Shown one piece after another: positions 51,731-62,610 of a stretch of DNA of 64,000 bases. The notes below the pieces were generated by a model that had not been told where the DNA came from, made no database searches, and saw only the letters and a list, made by a program, of their open reading frames with translations. Both the position numbers and the translations under genes were made by a program. Origin of the DNA: Octopus vulgaris (taxonomy: Eukaryota); contig OX597818.1 in assembly GCA_951406725.2 (NCBI GenBank), positions 29,574,001 to 29,638,000 on the forward strand. Reading direction: 5' to 3'. The first letter of the stretch is position 1, and every line of letters begins with the position of its first letter.

Positions 51731-54700
51731 GAAGCCAACTAGTTCAGTGGAAAAGAAACTATTGTAACAATAGTAGAAAAGATACAGGAGGCTGTGGTTA
51801 GTGTTAGGCATGTTAGACCATCCCACCAAGAATTGACATTGGTATGAAGTCACTTAAACCTCCGGCCCATAAATATACCCCCCTTTTCTGTCAGCCATTT
51901 CTGCAGGTAATACAGGAGCCTTTGCTCCTCAGACTAGCTAGCCACATGTTATCTCTACTCAGATACTCCAGAATTACTCATCTCCCCTTTTTGTCACCTC
52001 GCCTGTATCCTTCACTATCTTTAAAACCCTACACTAATTTCTCAGCCCTTCTTCCCTAGAATGTTGGTTCTCTGGAATTCACTCTCTGTTCATGTTCTTT
52101 TCTTTACAGTACTGATGTGTCTCAAAGGGCCTATGAAGGTTATGAGTACATCCCTTTCTCAGGATCAATCCAGTAAAAAAAAAAAGCTCTTTTTAATCCA
52201 TAAGCTACAAGGTGGTATCAAAAAGTTCCCAGACTAGTTCTGTAGCACACCAACAGATGGCAGCACACAGTTGTATGTGCAGTGAGAGCTAGCTATGACC
52301 TTCACAAGGTAGTATGCCATTGTCAAGATCAAATTGTAGGTTCTCAACTTGCTTACAGAGAACAACTTCCAGGCCCCATTCCAAAAGTAGCAGGAATACT
52401 GGGACTGGTGTAAATAAGTTATTTTTTTTATCAAACATAACTAGTCTAGAAACTCTTTCATATCACCTCATAGTAGTTCTTAAACATTAACGATTAATCT
52501 TCATCGATCAGCTAGATAATCCCTTTGGGATGCAACCTAGTCTTGTTTCAGATATGTAAGCAACATTCCACTGACAATTTTACCTGCACTTTGTAGAGGA
52601 CCCCTACTAATCAGGAGTCTAGTATTTTCTAGCCTGAAGATGTGGTTTTGGTAAGTTATGAAGTCACCATGAGAATTCATTAGAAATAATGAGAGCAACT
52701 GATTTTTGTTTAGCTTCAAACCATTGCTAACTGACAGAACATAAAGATGTCCCAGGTGTGACATCTTTGTAACATATGTCCATAACTATATTGTCCAATG
52801 TGCTCTAGGGTCTTTCAGACAATAAGGTAATGGAAAAATACTGACTGCTATTTCTACATTGTGACCATGTAGCAGTTCCATATAGGCTCATAGTGACTGT
52901 CAGGATATGTGCATTTCTCAAGTAGAAAGTGTGCAAAACTGTTTACTTGATATATTTAGCAAATAGTGTCCTGGTACTGTCAATGATAGATATTAGGATG
53001 CATCATGTCTTCCAGCAAAGTATTTTTTTTTTATGTTTATTTATGGAGATAGTAAAAATTTGATGTCTCTGTTGCATATGGATGACAGTGTGTTTATGGT
53101 TATGAAGTGACAGGTAGCATTATATTCATAGTTGTGTATATTGTTTTGTTACAATTGGCATGTAGGTTCTTCTATAAAAACATCTGGGAGATATAACAGT
53201 ACATTGGATACAGAAGATTTAATAAAGAATGGGCTAGTGACACTAACATATTACAATGGTGCAGTCTATCAGGAGTTTTTCATTTTCAGATGGAAAACAG
53301 AAAGTAGAGAGTTAACAATTACAGTGATGTATTTGAGTGTTCATCAAGGCTCAGCCCTCAATTCTCTCCTATTCATCATAGTCTTACAAACCATCACAGA
53401 AGTTTAAGACTAATTGTCCATTGGAACTCCTGTATGTTGGTGTTCTCCTAGCTGAATCTAAAGGAAATTAAAGAATTCTAGCATGGAATTTAAATCTGGA
53501 ACCAAGACTCAAAACTTAGCAAAGACTAAGAAGGATAGAAGACAACACCTTCATATCTTCAGGGAAATAACCTTGCACAATATGCAAAAAAGAGAAGGCA
53601 TAAACTCCGTATGTTGTAAGCTACAGACCCACAAGACGTGTAGTAGAATCACAGGTAGACAAACAGAGAAAGTAAATTTCATATGCAACAGTTTGCACAA
53701 TGAGCACACACAAATAGATTCTCTTAAATGCTTGGATGGATCTTTAGATGTTGTTGATAGCATCTGTTACACAGGAGATAAAATTAGCAAGGAAGGTGGT
53801 GGTTCCAGAAATATAGAAACAATGGTAAAAACAGTTGAAAAAAAGTTCAGGAAGTTACAACTGCTGCTAGTAACAAAGGTTTTTTTTCCCTTCAGAGTAA
53901 AGGGCAGATTGTATGATGCTTGTGTTAGAACTGTGATGCAGCATGAGTGAGACATGAGCCTTAAATGCAAAAGAAAAAAAGAGAAAACTGTAAATAAATA
54001 AAGCTAGCAAGTTTCATTGGATGCATGACATAAGAGGAATTGGATATAGTGTGCAAGAAAGAAGAGTGCATTGGTGTGGATGTGTGATGCATATTTATAA
54101 GGACCGCTGTATAAAAAAAGTACCAATTAATGTGAATGAATTCTGTGGAAAAGCAAGGCCCAAGAAGACATGGGACAAAGTGGCCAAGTCTGATCTCAGG
54201 TCCTTGAACATCATGGAGGAAAATGATAAAGGGCCTGGATGACTGGTGACATGCAGTTCTCAAGGAGACTCACTCCTCTTGGCAAAACTGAGGTTCTGGA
54301 AGCAAAATGTGATCAACTGCCTCCCCTTCACACACCCAATTTCCTCAAAATATTCCCACCACCCATCATTTCGCTAACTGCATTATTCTGCTGCTGTAAT
54401 TAAGTGTAAGAACTGCATACTTCAGTTTTCCCCTGATAGTACTTATCCTTATTCCCTGAACTACATTCATTATCCATCTTTCTTAACATTGTCCTCTCCA
54501 CTCACATTTTACATTGACCACTCTCCATCAAATTATCTCTTCCTTACCATCATACATCTCTTGCTCTCTCATCCACTAGTTTTGCCACAGATTCTTACAA
54601 CCAACCCAACCACATGCCATCTCTCTCATCCTTCTCCTGTCTGCTGTATTATTATCATCATCATCAAGGAGACACACTGGCAGAATTATTAGCTTGTCAG

Positions 54701-57700
54701 GCAAAATGCTTAGCAGCATTTCATCCACCTTACATTCTGAGTTCAAATTCTGCCACGGCTGACTTCGCCTTTCATCCTTTCGGGATCAATAAATTAAGTA
54801 CCAGTTCAGTACTGGGATCAATGTAATTGACTTAACCCCTCCCCACAAATTTCAGACTTTGTGCCTACAGTAGAAAGGATTATTATTATGCTGCTCCTCA
54901 TCCACCCATCCCTTTTTCTACAGTTTGTCATCCCTCCTCTACTCTCAACTTGTGTACCACTGATAACCCCAACTCTACTCAATTTCTACAGTTGCCACCT
55001 ATTCTTCTCTACTTATCATCCCTTAACACTTGTTCATTGTATTCACCTCATCCATTCCTTATCTCTAACCATCTCCCACTCTCCTACAGCCTCTGCTCAC
55101 TCACACTTCAAGTTCTCGTCCTTACCTCATATCATGAGGGTCCACTCTGACACTCACCATCACCATTTCTATCTCTCTTTCCAGATCCACCCTAGCCACT
55201 TCCAACCCCTCTATAATGTGAATAGCCACATAACTCCTCTACAGTACCAAACCTGTTGTTCTGGCTCCTTCTCCTCTCACCCTTCATTCCATAGCTTTGT
55301 GCTATGGAATGAGGGGTTAAAATGTTGCGTTATTCAATAATATTACACTGTCTCAAACACTTGTACAACCTTACTTTTGAAAACAAGTATAAAAATTTCT
55401 TAACATTATATACCATGAGGCATTGTAATGAAAATAATCGTTGCATTTGTAATACAATTTTTTTCATCAAGCATTATTTCAATACAACTGCAACAACCAT
55501 CCACTTTAAACAGGCTTAATCAAGCACAAGAGCTCGTCTTAACTTTTGCAAGTTTAAATTAATTACAAAGAGAACAAATAAAATTTTTGGGGTTATTCAA
55601 CACAACAAACCATAGATGTAGTTATAATAAATGTGACTAAGAGAAACTCACTCATAAACTTTGACTAATTGGTAGAGACACATGAGAGCTCCCATCCATG
55701 TACGGTGATCTTCAGATTGTATGTACCTAGAAATCTTCTCTGTAAGGTCAGGCCATCTTCCCGGATAATCATATTTTATCATAGTACTGAGACATACACA
55801 CAGCTGAGTACTGGAGGATAAAAAGGATATTAAATGCTTTAGAAAACTGATCTTTAGTTACATATGACTATATCACAGAATATCAACAACTAAATCAGAT
55901 TATATATATATATCTCAAAGTATAGAATCAAATTATAAATGAAACTTCATAATTGCAACAATTGAAGGTAAAATGTTAACTCAAAGAACTGTTGTACTTT
56001 CTCCAAATCTCCCAATCCTGTTAGAAATTATAGTTTGATAAAATGTAGTTTATCTTGTATAAAATTATAATATAACTCTTGCTTGCTTGGATTTAGATGA
56101 AATTTAATGATGATTTGTGTCGATTGTTTATCTTTAACTGTTGTCATGTCACTTACACTTGCCTAAGTAGGTTGAATACTAGTAAACTGATTAAACTTAG
56201 GTGTTTGCACATATATTTACAAGATATCAATTTTTGTCACTGAGCTGAATGTGTGCTTCATTTAGTCCTTGTAAATTGGAAGCTGAATAATTTACATTAG
56301 AAAAATCTTTACAAGATATGTCTTCTCCATTCAGAGATTTTTATAAGGCCCCACGAATTAGTGTTATTTATATTTATTGCAATTATGTGATCTCCTCATA
56401 AACCTGCTAGTATGTAGGGACCCTACATTTAAAACATAACAGTAAATAAATACTTTTTTGTTTTTAAATTCTAACCATTCATTTATGAAACCATGAATTC
56501 AATATCAACTACATAATACCACACATATTCAGAATCAATAAATATTGGTGTCACTTAGATGGTGTTTACGGATAACACTGAAATGACACATACGACTTCC
56601 AGTTCAAACAATCTTTGTTTAATTAAAATCATTTAATAAATAAAAATAAATCATTAAATATTATTACCAAATTCTAACTTGCCACTTGAGATACAAATTG
56701 TCATTAACCCTTTCGTTACTATATTTCTGACCAAAATACACCCCTTATGTGTTTCAATTAATTTCTAACAATCATAAATTTAAACTATAACTTTTTTATT
56801 TATCAATATATTAATGTGATTTTTGGAAGATAATTTAATGAAATGTCCTCAACCAATTCTATACTATAATTTTTGTCACAAAGTGACTAATTGCAGGTAG
56901 ATACAGGTAAATTCAACAAAATATAAAATTATTAAAATTTTTGTTCAAACATCGCTATAGAAAATATTCAATTGGGTATACAACAAAATTTTACCATAGA
57001 ATTTGTTATTCTGGGTAACTTTCTGATACTCATAATAATATTTATGGCAAAATAGGCCTTAATTTAATTTAAGGTTGTGGGAAATCACAAACTATCCTTT
57101 CTTTCGCTTTGTTTACATTTAGCGTAACGGTTCGTTTCCGCCGTAATTTTCTGATACCCATAATAATATTTATGGCAAAATAGGCCTTAATTTCATTTAA
57201 GGTTGTGGGAAACAACAAACTATCCTTTCTTTCGCTTTGTTTGCATTTAGGTAACAGTTCGTTTCCGCCGTAATGATTTCAAATAGGCTCATTCGAAAAA
57301 GTAAAAAGAAATAGTCTAAGGCTTTACTCTCCTGGGAAAGACTGTGGCTTGGTCCAGTTTCTTCAGAAAAATCACTGAAAAAAATAGTTTTTAAATTTTC
57401 ACTCCATTCAGGTGCCAATTCATTTTCTTTATCGTTGTCGGAACTCTCGGATTCACTGCTTTCATTTTCGGAAAATGAAACATCGGATTCATTATCAAAT
57501 ACCACGTGCTTTTTTTTTCAGTCATAGAGTTAGATTTATCAAGGTCTTCAGTAGAAAATCCTTCGAATTCTGACTTGCTGCTTGATATAATGAAATTCGT
57601 ATCCATTTTTTGTCAGAATTACAAATTTTGAAAAAACAATAGGAACAAATTTCGGAAAAAATCTCCCAAAATTGTAGATGAACTGTTTACGAAGTATAAT

Positions 57701-60700
57701 CACGTGTTTTCACGAATGTACTAAAGAGATTTGTTCTGATATTCTCATTTAAATATGAATAGCTAATTGCGGGCGGTTTTGGGCGGCTTGGTCACATGAA
57801 CCAAAATTTTTTTCGGGCGGCTTTGGGCGGTTTGGTAACGAAAGGGTTAAGCTTAAAAATTAAAGAAAGAAAACTTTAGAAAAACTCACTTGATAAAATG
57901 CATAAACACCCACATTCCAAACTGGAAGTCATTTACAAGAACATCTTTCCAAAATAAGGCTAAACTTTGTTTCTCACATTAGAGTTCCAGCTTTCAACCA
58001 AACAACATTATTTAAACTGCGGTTTCATGCAGTTCAGAATCTGGCAACAGTTGTAGTTATTATTTGCAGATAAACACTTGTTTACTACACAATTTACCCA
58101 GTAGGTTCAGCTTTTCTCCAATCAACAATATTAATTGTCCATGTTCAAACCCCATATTTTCTGATATATAAAACATGCAGAAAGAGAGGACTTTTACCTG
58201 ATGGTATCAGGGGTGTGAATGACAGCTTCAATTATGTTATTTCGAATAGCGTCTCGATCCTGTTCGTGGATGTTGAATGGCAAAGGATCTGATACTTGTT
58301 CAGCTTCACGATCATGCCAGAATTGGATCACCATATTTTTGAAATAGATGACACCTAAAGAACATTAAAAGTTTAAAACTTTTCAATAATATACATTGCT
58401 GTTTGAAAAATAAAATGATTTATATGTAATAACAAATATTGAAATGTATTCCAAGATAACTGACATTACATATAAAATTTGAAAAGAAAATTTTACATGC
58501 AAGGATAAAAGACTGAATTATTTGAAGCAAATGGTATAACATCAGGTATTAAATTCATAACAAAATATTCATATAGACAAGCTCTGATACTTTTAAAATA
58601 AATTAAAGAATGTTACATGTTACAAAACAATTTTACAAACTATGCATTAATTTCATGATATTAATTCACTAACCCTTTAGCATTTAAACAGGCCATATCT
58701 GACCAAAATATTCTGTCTGTTTTAAGTTCAAACTGACCAGATCCAGCTTTTCCAATTTATCCTACAATGTCATTCTAAGAATAAAACAATCCCATCAACA
58801 AAATCTCAAAGCTATGAGATAATGCATGATTAATTCAAACCATACAAATAAATATTACATTCAACAGAGTAATCTGAATATTAAAAGGTTAAATGCACAA
58901 GACAAGAATTTTTGGTTCAATTCTCAACCCTACAAAATAGAACCTGTGATCAATAACTAAACTAGTAGTTCACTGTTTTAAATATGTTTGCAAGTGAATC
59001 AAAAGGCATTGGAATGTTTTAGCATCTTATTACTGAATTCATTAATTGACAGTCAGCTTTGCCTTATTTTTCGTAAAATAAGTACCAATGTCTTCTCTAC
59101 AAAAGATTGCTTTGTGCCTAAGAAAGAAAATATTTCTTCTTGTATTAGCAAGTGCCACAAAGTAGATGTAACCTCCTAGCAAACAAAAACTCACCTACTC
59201 TTGAAATCATTAAGTAAAATCAAAGAAAATTTCTCCACACCGGTAAAAAAAAGAGAAAATCAGATACTTCTGCAAATTTTGAAATTTACAGAGGAAGTAT
59301 TTTAAAATTAATATTTTTGTATAGACTAATATAACATTTAAATAACACTAACCAGCTTGTCGTACAGGCATTTCCAAATCATCTGACATGACCACCTGCA
59401 TCATCAAGGTGGGAGCAAACCCAGCAATCTTGTGGACCTGAAAAATATTTTATAAAATAATTTTATGAATCCCTAAATTAGTAACATTTTTTTTTTAAAG
59501 AAAATTAGCAAATAAAATACATCTAGAGATCAGTTCAAAATATGAGATGCATCTTGATAAGTAACACAATAATTTGAGAACTTGAGTGAATATTCAAACA
59601 TTGAAATTACACAGTAATTTTTGAACTTGCATCAGCTTTCACCTTGAAGGTTTAGGTAGCATTTAAACCTTGATCCTCAAACCACTAATTTCCATTAAAC
59701 AAATCTAATTTGAAGCTAATTTGCTTTCAACTGACAAAAAACATATTTGAACAAATCATCAATACAAGATTAATGCAACCATGCCTTCATTTGTCTACAA
59801 TAGTAGCACTCAAGTCCACCCATGAGAGATTAATAGCAGCATGGATGAAGTTTAAGTAAGACTTTAATTAGCATGAGCAAGCCAGACTATAAAAGTTTCA
59901 TAGAGCAGTAGTATTCTTAGATACTAATTACTAAAACTCTTCCAAATGATTGAGATCTTAAGAATGAAGAGGCCAATTTTCAACAAGCAACTAATCTGTA
60001 CAACACAGAATTTAATACATATTAGATTACCCTTAAAAGCTGTATCTTAATTTCCTAAATGCATCTCTCTATGTCATTCTTGAACTGATCAATTGGTGAA
60101 AAGGAAAATTCCAAAGCAACTCATCTACATTTTGCAGATGCATGTTTTGAAAACTCCAGTCAAAGTTATCTTTAGCTAGTGCTTTGTTACTTTTCATTCA
60201 ATTCCATTCACAAATCGATCTACATCATATTTAAACATGTGATAACAATAGTATCTAGCATAGCAGCATAAACGGGAATTTTTCTAAATACATCTCTATA
60301 TCATGCATTAATTTAACAAAGCTTGCTACAGGCACTCAGTGTTCAAGATATCAGCAGCACCTGTATTTCTCTGATTATGACAAGGCTGATATTATATCAT
60401 GGCTCATTAACTGTGCAATGCACATTTGTTAATATACCTTGAGAATGCTGCAACCAAAATCAGCTTGTTTCCCAATCATCATCATTTAACGTCCGTTTTC
60501 CGTGCTAGCACGGGTTGGACGGTTCGACCGGGGTCTGGGAAGCCAGGAGGCTGCACCAGGCTCCAGTCTGATCTGGCAGTGTTTCTACAGCTGGATGCCC
60601 TTCCTAACGCCAACCACTCCGCGAGTGTAGTGGGTGCTTTTTATGTGCCACCGGCACAGGTGCCAGGGGAGTCTTGTAGCGGCCACGATCGGTTGGTGCT

Positions 60701-62610
60701 TTTAATGTGCCACCAGCACGGAAGCCAGTCAAGGCGGCGCTGGCATCGGCCACGTTCGGATGGTGCTTTTTACGTGCCACTGGCACAGGAGCCAGTCGAG
60801 GCGATGCTGGCATCAGCCATGTTTGGATGGTGCTTTTTATGTGCCACCAGCACAGGTATCACAACTACTATTTCCGTTTATATTTATTTCGATGTTCATG
60901 TACTTGACTCAATAGGTCTCCTCAAGCACAGTGTTTAAAAAAGAAAAAACTGAGTACATGACAATCAATGAGAATGAAAGCCACCCACCAATTTGTTCCA
61001 ATGATGGCACATAAGTCAACAAGGTCAGTAACTTCATATACCTTAGATCTTCTAATGCTGACACTAAGAAAGACTTCCTGATATGCAATATGTTCACTTT
61101 CAAAGCTGACATGGGTTAGATTTGGTTAATCATATTCAGAGTTTCTGTCCTCTTGAACAGGTTCAGGAATCACATTTTACTTTCATTATATTTTAGCATG
61201 GTTTCTATTAGGTAGACACCATTATCACCAACTACTTAACATATACTTAGGCTAATTTTATCATGGAATCAGTACTAGAGAGATTTCCATGTCCTCAACA
61301 AGACTTAAGAATTTTCTTGAGCTTATACTGTCTCTACATACATATATCAGATGATAAAATCACTTATGTGAAATGCAATAAAGCAAAAGTACTCAATACT
61401 ATTAGGTTGAATGGAATACCTATTCAGAATGTCTGTGAGGGTCACTACTCAGAACTTCTCATGAAATTGTCAAATAACTGGGTATCAAGTATGAGCAACT
61501 TCAAGTAGCAACTAACAGACTCAGCTTTGAATACAATCTCACAATTACATATGCAAGATCCTGCAGTTAAGTGTACTGAGTATGTAGAAATTCCTGATGT
61601 AAATACCCTCGACCATACTGTTGATTAAACTTGTTATATACATTTATCCCTTATCCACACATTTTAATTGAAGCTTTTAATCACAGTCCAAACTTTACCT
61701 AGGTCGCTCCTCGCGGTGATATAGAGGATCTTCATCGATGCCTCTACCAAATTTAGAGGTGGTCTAACGAATGGGATCTGTGTCTGAACGTGTCAAAGTG
61801 CTGTCATCTGCCTGTTGGCTCTCCTCCTGCAACTCAACTTGATTTCGAGCCAGGTCGTCTGCTGCTGGAGAGGACCGATCAGGTAAAGGACCTGGGTATC
61901 TTGGTGGATTCCTCCCTTTCGCCTTCGGCCCAGTGCGTCCATGCTGCCAACAAAGCACGCGGAATTCTGTTCTTGATTCGACAGTCATTCGGAATGCTCA
62001 CAGCAGCCATATTCCTACCGCTCTATGTCACGCTGGTGAGACCCATATTGGAGTATGGGATTCAAGCCTCTTCTCCTTATCTCCTCAAAGACATACAGCA
62101 TCTCGAAAGAGTCCAGAAGCTGGCTACCCGCATGGTTTATGGTCTCAAGAATTTGTCTTATGAAGAAAGGCTGAAGACGCTCGACCTTTATTCTCTAGAA
62201 AAACGCCGCCGCCGTGGTGATCTCATTCTCACTCACATCATAAGCGGAAAGTGTAACCTCTCGAAAGAGCTGTTCTTCACTCCTGCTCCAGAGTGGCGGC
62301 TGCGGGTTCATTCCAAAAAGCTCTACCTGCGACGATTTCATCTCAATCAAAGGAGAGGAGCTTTCTCCGTCCGGGTTGCGGATCCCTGGAACAAGCTGCT
62401 AGACGAGATGGTGAAGATGTCGACGACCGCTTTGTTCTAAGTCTCCCTTGACCCCAAGTGGCCTGAACTCTTTACATGAACACCACCCTGTACTTAACTC
62501 CATGTCCCCCTACATGGCCTTGCTTTTTGCTTTTGAGCTAAAATTAACTAACTAACTAACTAGCCAATAAAGTTTTCACTGAATCAGTAAACCAACTTAC
62601 TTCATCTAAA
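19717..62610 (-). CDS. IPO7: Importin-7 (IPO7/IPO8 family, moleskin-like) multi-exon gene; 5'-partial, first coding exon outside the window
   Basis: The spliced translation gives [144 protein letters not shown], an acidic loop, and the C-terminus [21 protein letters not shown]. These match importin-7 as I know it. The 27 exons sum to 3024 nt with all phases consistent. Confidence 0.96.
20080..20412 (+). mobile_element. SINE family A head with an RTE-like 3' tail, decayed
   Basis: Head as in family A; ends catgcatggaaaagtagacattaaa, like the RTE tail. Confidence 0.7.
20676..22280 (+). mobile_element. piggyBac derivative, family 1 (PGBD4-like transposase remnant)
   Basis: TTAA|CCCTT..AAAAGG|TTAA termini; acidic N-terminus, [39 protein letters not shown]. 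Confidence 0.92.
21955..22088 (+). mobile_element. RTE LINE 3' tail nested in the piggyBac element
   Basis: gggcatccagctgtagaaa..catgctagcatggaaagcggacattaaacg plus (GAT)n, which is the reverse complement of the tail at about 60476-60600. Confidence 0.8.
22900..23480 (+). mobile_element. Old CR1/L2-type LINE 3' remnant
   Basis: [24 protein letters not shown] resembles the LINE C-terminal SFFxRxxxLWNxLP..FKxxI motif. Confidence 0.5.
24071..24187 (-). CDS. IPO7: IPO7 exon, 117 nt, [21 protein letters not shown]
   Basis: cag|..|gtgggt. Confidence 0.95.
25393..25596. mobile_element. piggyBac MITE, family 2
   Basis: TTAA|CCCTTT..AAAGGG|TTAA. Confidence 0.8.
25695..25836 (-). CDS. IPO7: IPO7 exon, 142 nt, [32 protein letters not shown]
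   Basis: tag|..|gtaagt. Confidence 0.95.
26340..26407 (-). CDS. IPO7: IPO7 exon, 68 nt, [23 protein letters not shown]
   Basis: aag|..|gttagt. Confidence 0.93.
26585..27927 (+). mobile_element. piggyBac derivative, family 2
   Basis: [20 protein letters not shown] and [28 protein letters not shown]; decayed termini; homologous to 56708-57846. Confidence 0.85.
27945..28139. mobile_element. Tc1/pogo-type MITE
   Basis: TA|CAGTAATCCCT..AGGGATTACTG|TA, an 11-bp TIR with TA TSD. Confidence 0.88.
28169..28231 (-). CDS. IPO7: IPO7 exon, 63 nt, acidic loop [20 protein letters not shown]
   Basis: cag|..|gtatta; phase 1 to 1. Confidence 0.92.
28691..28836 (-). CDS. IPO7: IPO7 exon, 146 nt, [22 protein letters not shown]
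   Basis: tag|..|gtaagt. Confidence 0.96.
29040..29260 (-). CDS. IPO7: IPO7 exon, 221 nt, [36 protein letters not shown]
   Basis: tag|..|gtacgg. Confidence 0.96.
29464..29556 (-). CDS. IPO7: IPO7 exon, 93 nt, [31 protein letters not shown]
   Basis: cag|..|gtaatt. Confidence 0.96.
29637..29714. repeat. (TG)n microsatellite
   Basis: Direct inspection. Confidence 0.95.
31148..31440 (-). mobile_element. SINE family A copy nested in a piggyBac MITE (about 31045-31534)
   Basis: Reverse complement of the SINE body; the host MITE ends aaagggg|ttaa at 31538. Confidence 0.8.
31585..31682 (-). CDS. IPO7: IPO7 exon, 98 nt, [20 protein letters not shown]
   Basis: tag|..|gtatgt. Confidence 0.96.
31791..32567 (-). 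mobile_element. piggyBac family 1 internal-deletion derivative
   Basis: [15 protein letters not shown].. and [12 protein letters not shown], as in 20676-22280; GAAGGG|TTAA end. Confidence 0.88.
34056..34181 (-). CDS. IPO7: IPO7 exon, 126 nt, [25 protein letters not shown]
   Basis: cag|..|gtgaga. Confidence 0.96.
34605..34770 (-). mobile_element. SINE family A head, decayed
   Basis: ttcagtttccatctac..tgtgcagtgg..accatgtggtt. Confidence 0.7.
35432..35495 (-). CDS. IPO7: IPO7 exon, 64 nt, [21 protein letters not shown]
   Basis: tag|..|gtaagt. Confidence 0.94.
35640..37941 (-). mobile_element. piggyBac family 1, longest copy (includes the C-terminal Cys-rich domain remnant)
   Basis: TTAA|CCCTTTCGTGTTCA..TGAACACTAAAGGG|TTTTAA; [27 protein letters not shown]; KVCSLC near the C-terminus; frameshifted. 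Confidence 0.93.
38048..38170 (-). CDS. IPO7: IPO7 exon, 123 nt, [25 protein letters not shown]
   Basis: aag|..|gtaggt. Confidence 0.94.
38335..38538. mobile_element. piggyBac MITE (related to 58673-58888)
   Basis: Ends taaatgttaagggg|ttaa; inverted homolog of 58673-58888. Confidence 0.65.
39362..39480 (-). CDS. IPO7: IPO7 exon, 119 nt, [25 protein letters not shown]
   Basis: cag|..|gtaggt. Confidence 0.96.
40278..40319 (-). CDS. IPO7: IPO7 exon, 42 nt, [14 protein letters not shown]
   Basis: aag|..|gtgagt; phase 1 to 1. Confidence 0.92.
40450..41830 (-). mobile_element. Old decayed LINE remnant (clade uncertain)
   Basis: Purine-rich block with higher GC, unlike the surrounding intron; only faint coding remnants. 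Confidence 0.35.
41897..42062 (-). CDS. IPO7: IPO7 exon, 166 nt, [28 protein letters not shown]
   Basis: tag|..|gtgact. Confidence 0.96.
42195..42284 (-). CDS. IPO7: IPO7 exon, 90 nt, [16 protein letters not shown]
   Basis: cag|..|gtgagt. Confidence 0.96.
42788..42981 (-). CDS. IPO7: IPO7 exon, 194 nt, [26 protein letters not shown]
   Basis: tag|..|gtttgt. Confidence 0.96.
43154..43253 (-). CDS. IPO7: IPO7 exon, 100 nt, [22 protein letters not shown]
   Basis: cag|..|gtaaca. Confidence 0.96.
44101..44146 (-). CDS. IPO7: IPO7 exon, 46 nt, [15 protein letters not shown]
   Basis: cag|..|gtaagt. Confidence 0.93.
44450..44552 (-). CDS. IPO7: IPO7 exon, 103 nt, [24 protein letters not shown]
   Basis: tag|..|gtaagt. 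Confidence 0.95.
46364..46434 (-). CDS. IPO7: IPO7 exon, 71 nt, [23 protein letters not shown]
   Basis: tag|..|gtgagt. Confidence 0.95.
46819..48974. mobile_element. Tc1/pogo-type MITE (same family as 27945-28139), interrupted by an RTE LINE
   Basis: TA|CAGTAATCCCTC..GAGTGATTACTG|TA; shares internal aaatacctatcagc..atatactgaggagt. Confidence 0.85.
46930..48552 (-). mobile_element. 5'-truncated RTE-clade LINE (RT domain, PHD-like finger, 3' UTR repeats)
   Basis: [54 protein letters not shown], (ATG)n-type tail. Confidence 0.92.
49060..49154 (-). CDS. IPO7: IPO7 exon, 95 nt, [32 protein letters not shown]
   Basis: aag|..|gtattg; conserved WWKxKKW motif. Confidence 0.95.
49358..49447 (-). CDS. 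IPO7: IPO7 exon, 90 nt, [23 protein letters not shown]
   Basis: cag|..|gtaaat. Confidence 0.95.
50028..50184 (-). CDS. IPO7: IPO7 exon, 157 nt, [21 protein letters not shown]
   Basis: cag|..|gtaagt. Confidence 0.95.
53320..54270 (+). mobile_element. Older RTE-clade LINE fragment
   Basis: [48 protein letters not shown]. Confidence 0.85.
54668..54888 (+). mobile_element. SINE family B copy (diverged)
   Basis: ctggcagaa..gagttcaaattctgcc..gcctttcatcctttcggg..aaattaagtaccagtt. Confidence 0.85.
55652..55810 (-). CDS. IPO7: IPO7 exon, 159 nt, [23 protein letters not shown]
   Basis: cag|..|gtgagt; phase 2 to 2. Confidence 0.95.
56708..57846 (-). mobile_element. piggyBac family 2 non-autonomous element, young
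   Basis: Perfect 12-bp TIR CCCTTTCGTTAC/GTAACGAAAGGG with TTAA on both sides; [20 protein letters not shown] and [10 protein letters not shown]. Confidence 0.93.
58198..58354 (-). CDS. IPO7: IPO7 exon, 157 nt, [16 protein letters not shown]
   Basis: tag|..|gtaaaa; phase 1 to 2. Confidence 0.95.
58673..58888. mobile_element. piggyBac MITE related to family 1 ends
   Basis: ctaa|CCCTTTAGCATT..AATATTAAAAGG|ttaa. Confidence 0.75.
59353..59437 (-). CDS. IPO7: IPO7 exon, 85 nt, [28 protein letters not shown](G)
   Basis: cag|..|gttagt; importin-beta N-terminal domain. Confidence 0.93.
60476..60934 (-). mobile_element. RTE LINE 3' UTR fragment with a tandem array
   Basis: Same sequence as 46930-47290; (ATC)n tail on the plus strand. 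Confidence 0.88.
61701..62562 (+). mobile_element. 5'-truncated CR1-clade LINE
   Basis: [68 protein letters not shown]; (TAAC)n tail; CpGs retained, so young. Confidence 0.93.
62601..62610 (-). CDS. IPO7: IPO7 probable 10-nt micro-exon (T TTA GAT GAA = xLDE)
   Basis: Minus strand reads ctgat + T-tract + aattgaag|TTTAGATGAA|gtaagt. Its phase-0 end fits the next exon (VHKI..), and LDE is what is expected there (human QLNE|AHK). Confidence 0.7.

Noticed and set aside
60634-60856. CRISPR-like repeat-spacer array
   Set aside because: Eukaryotic DNA, the spacers are homologous to each other, there are no cas genes, and it is part of a LINE 3' UTR.
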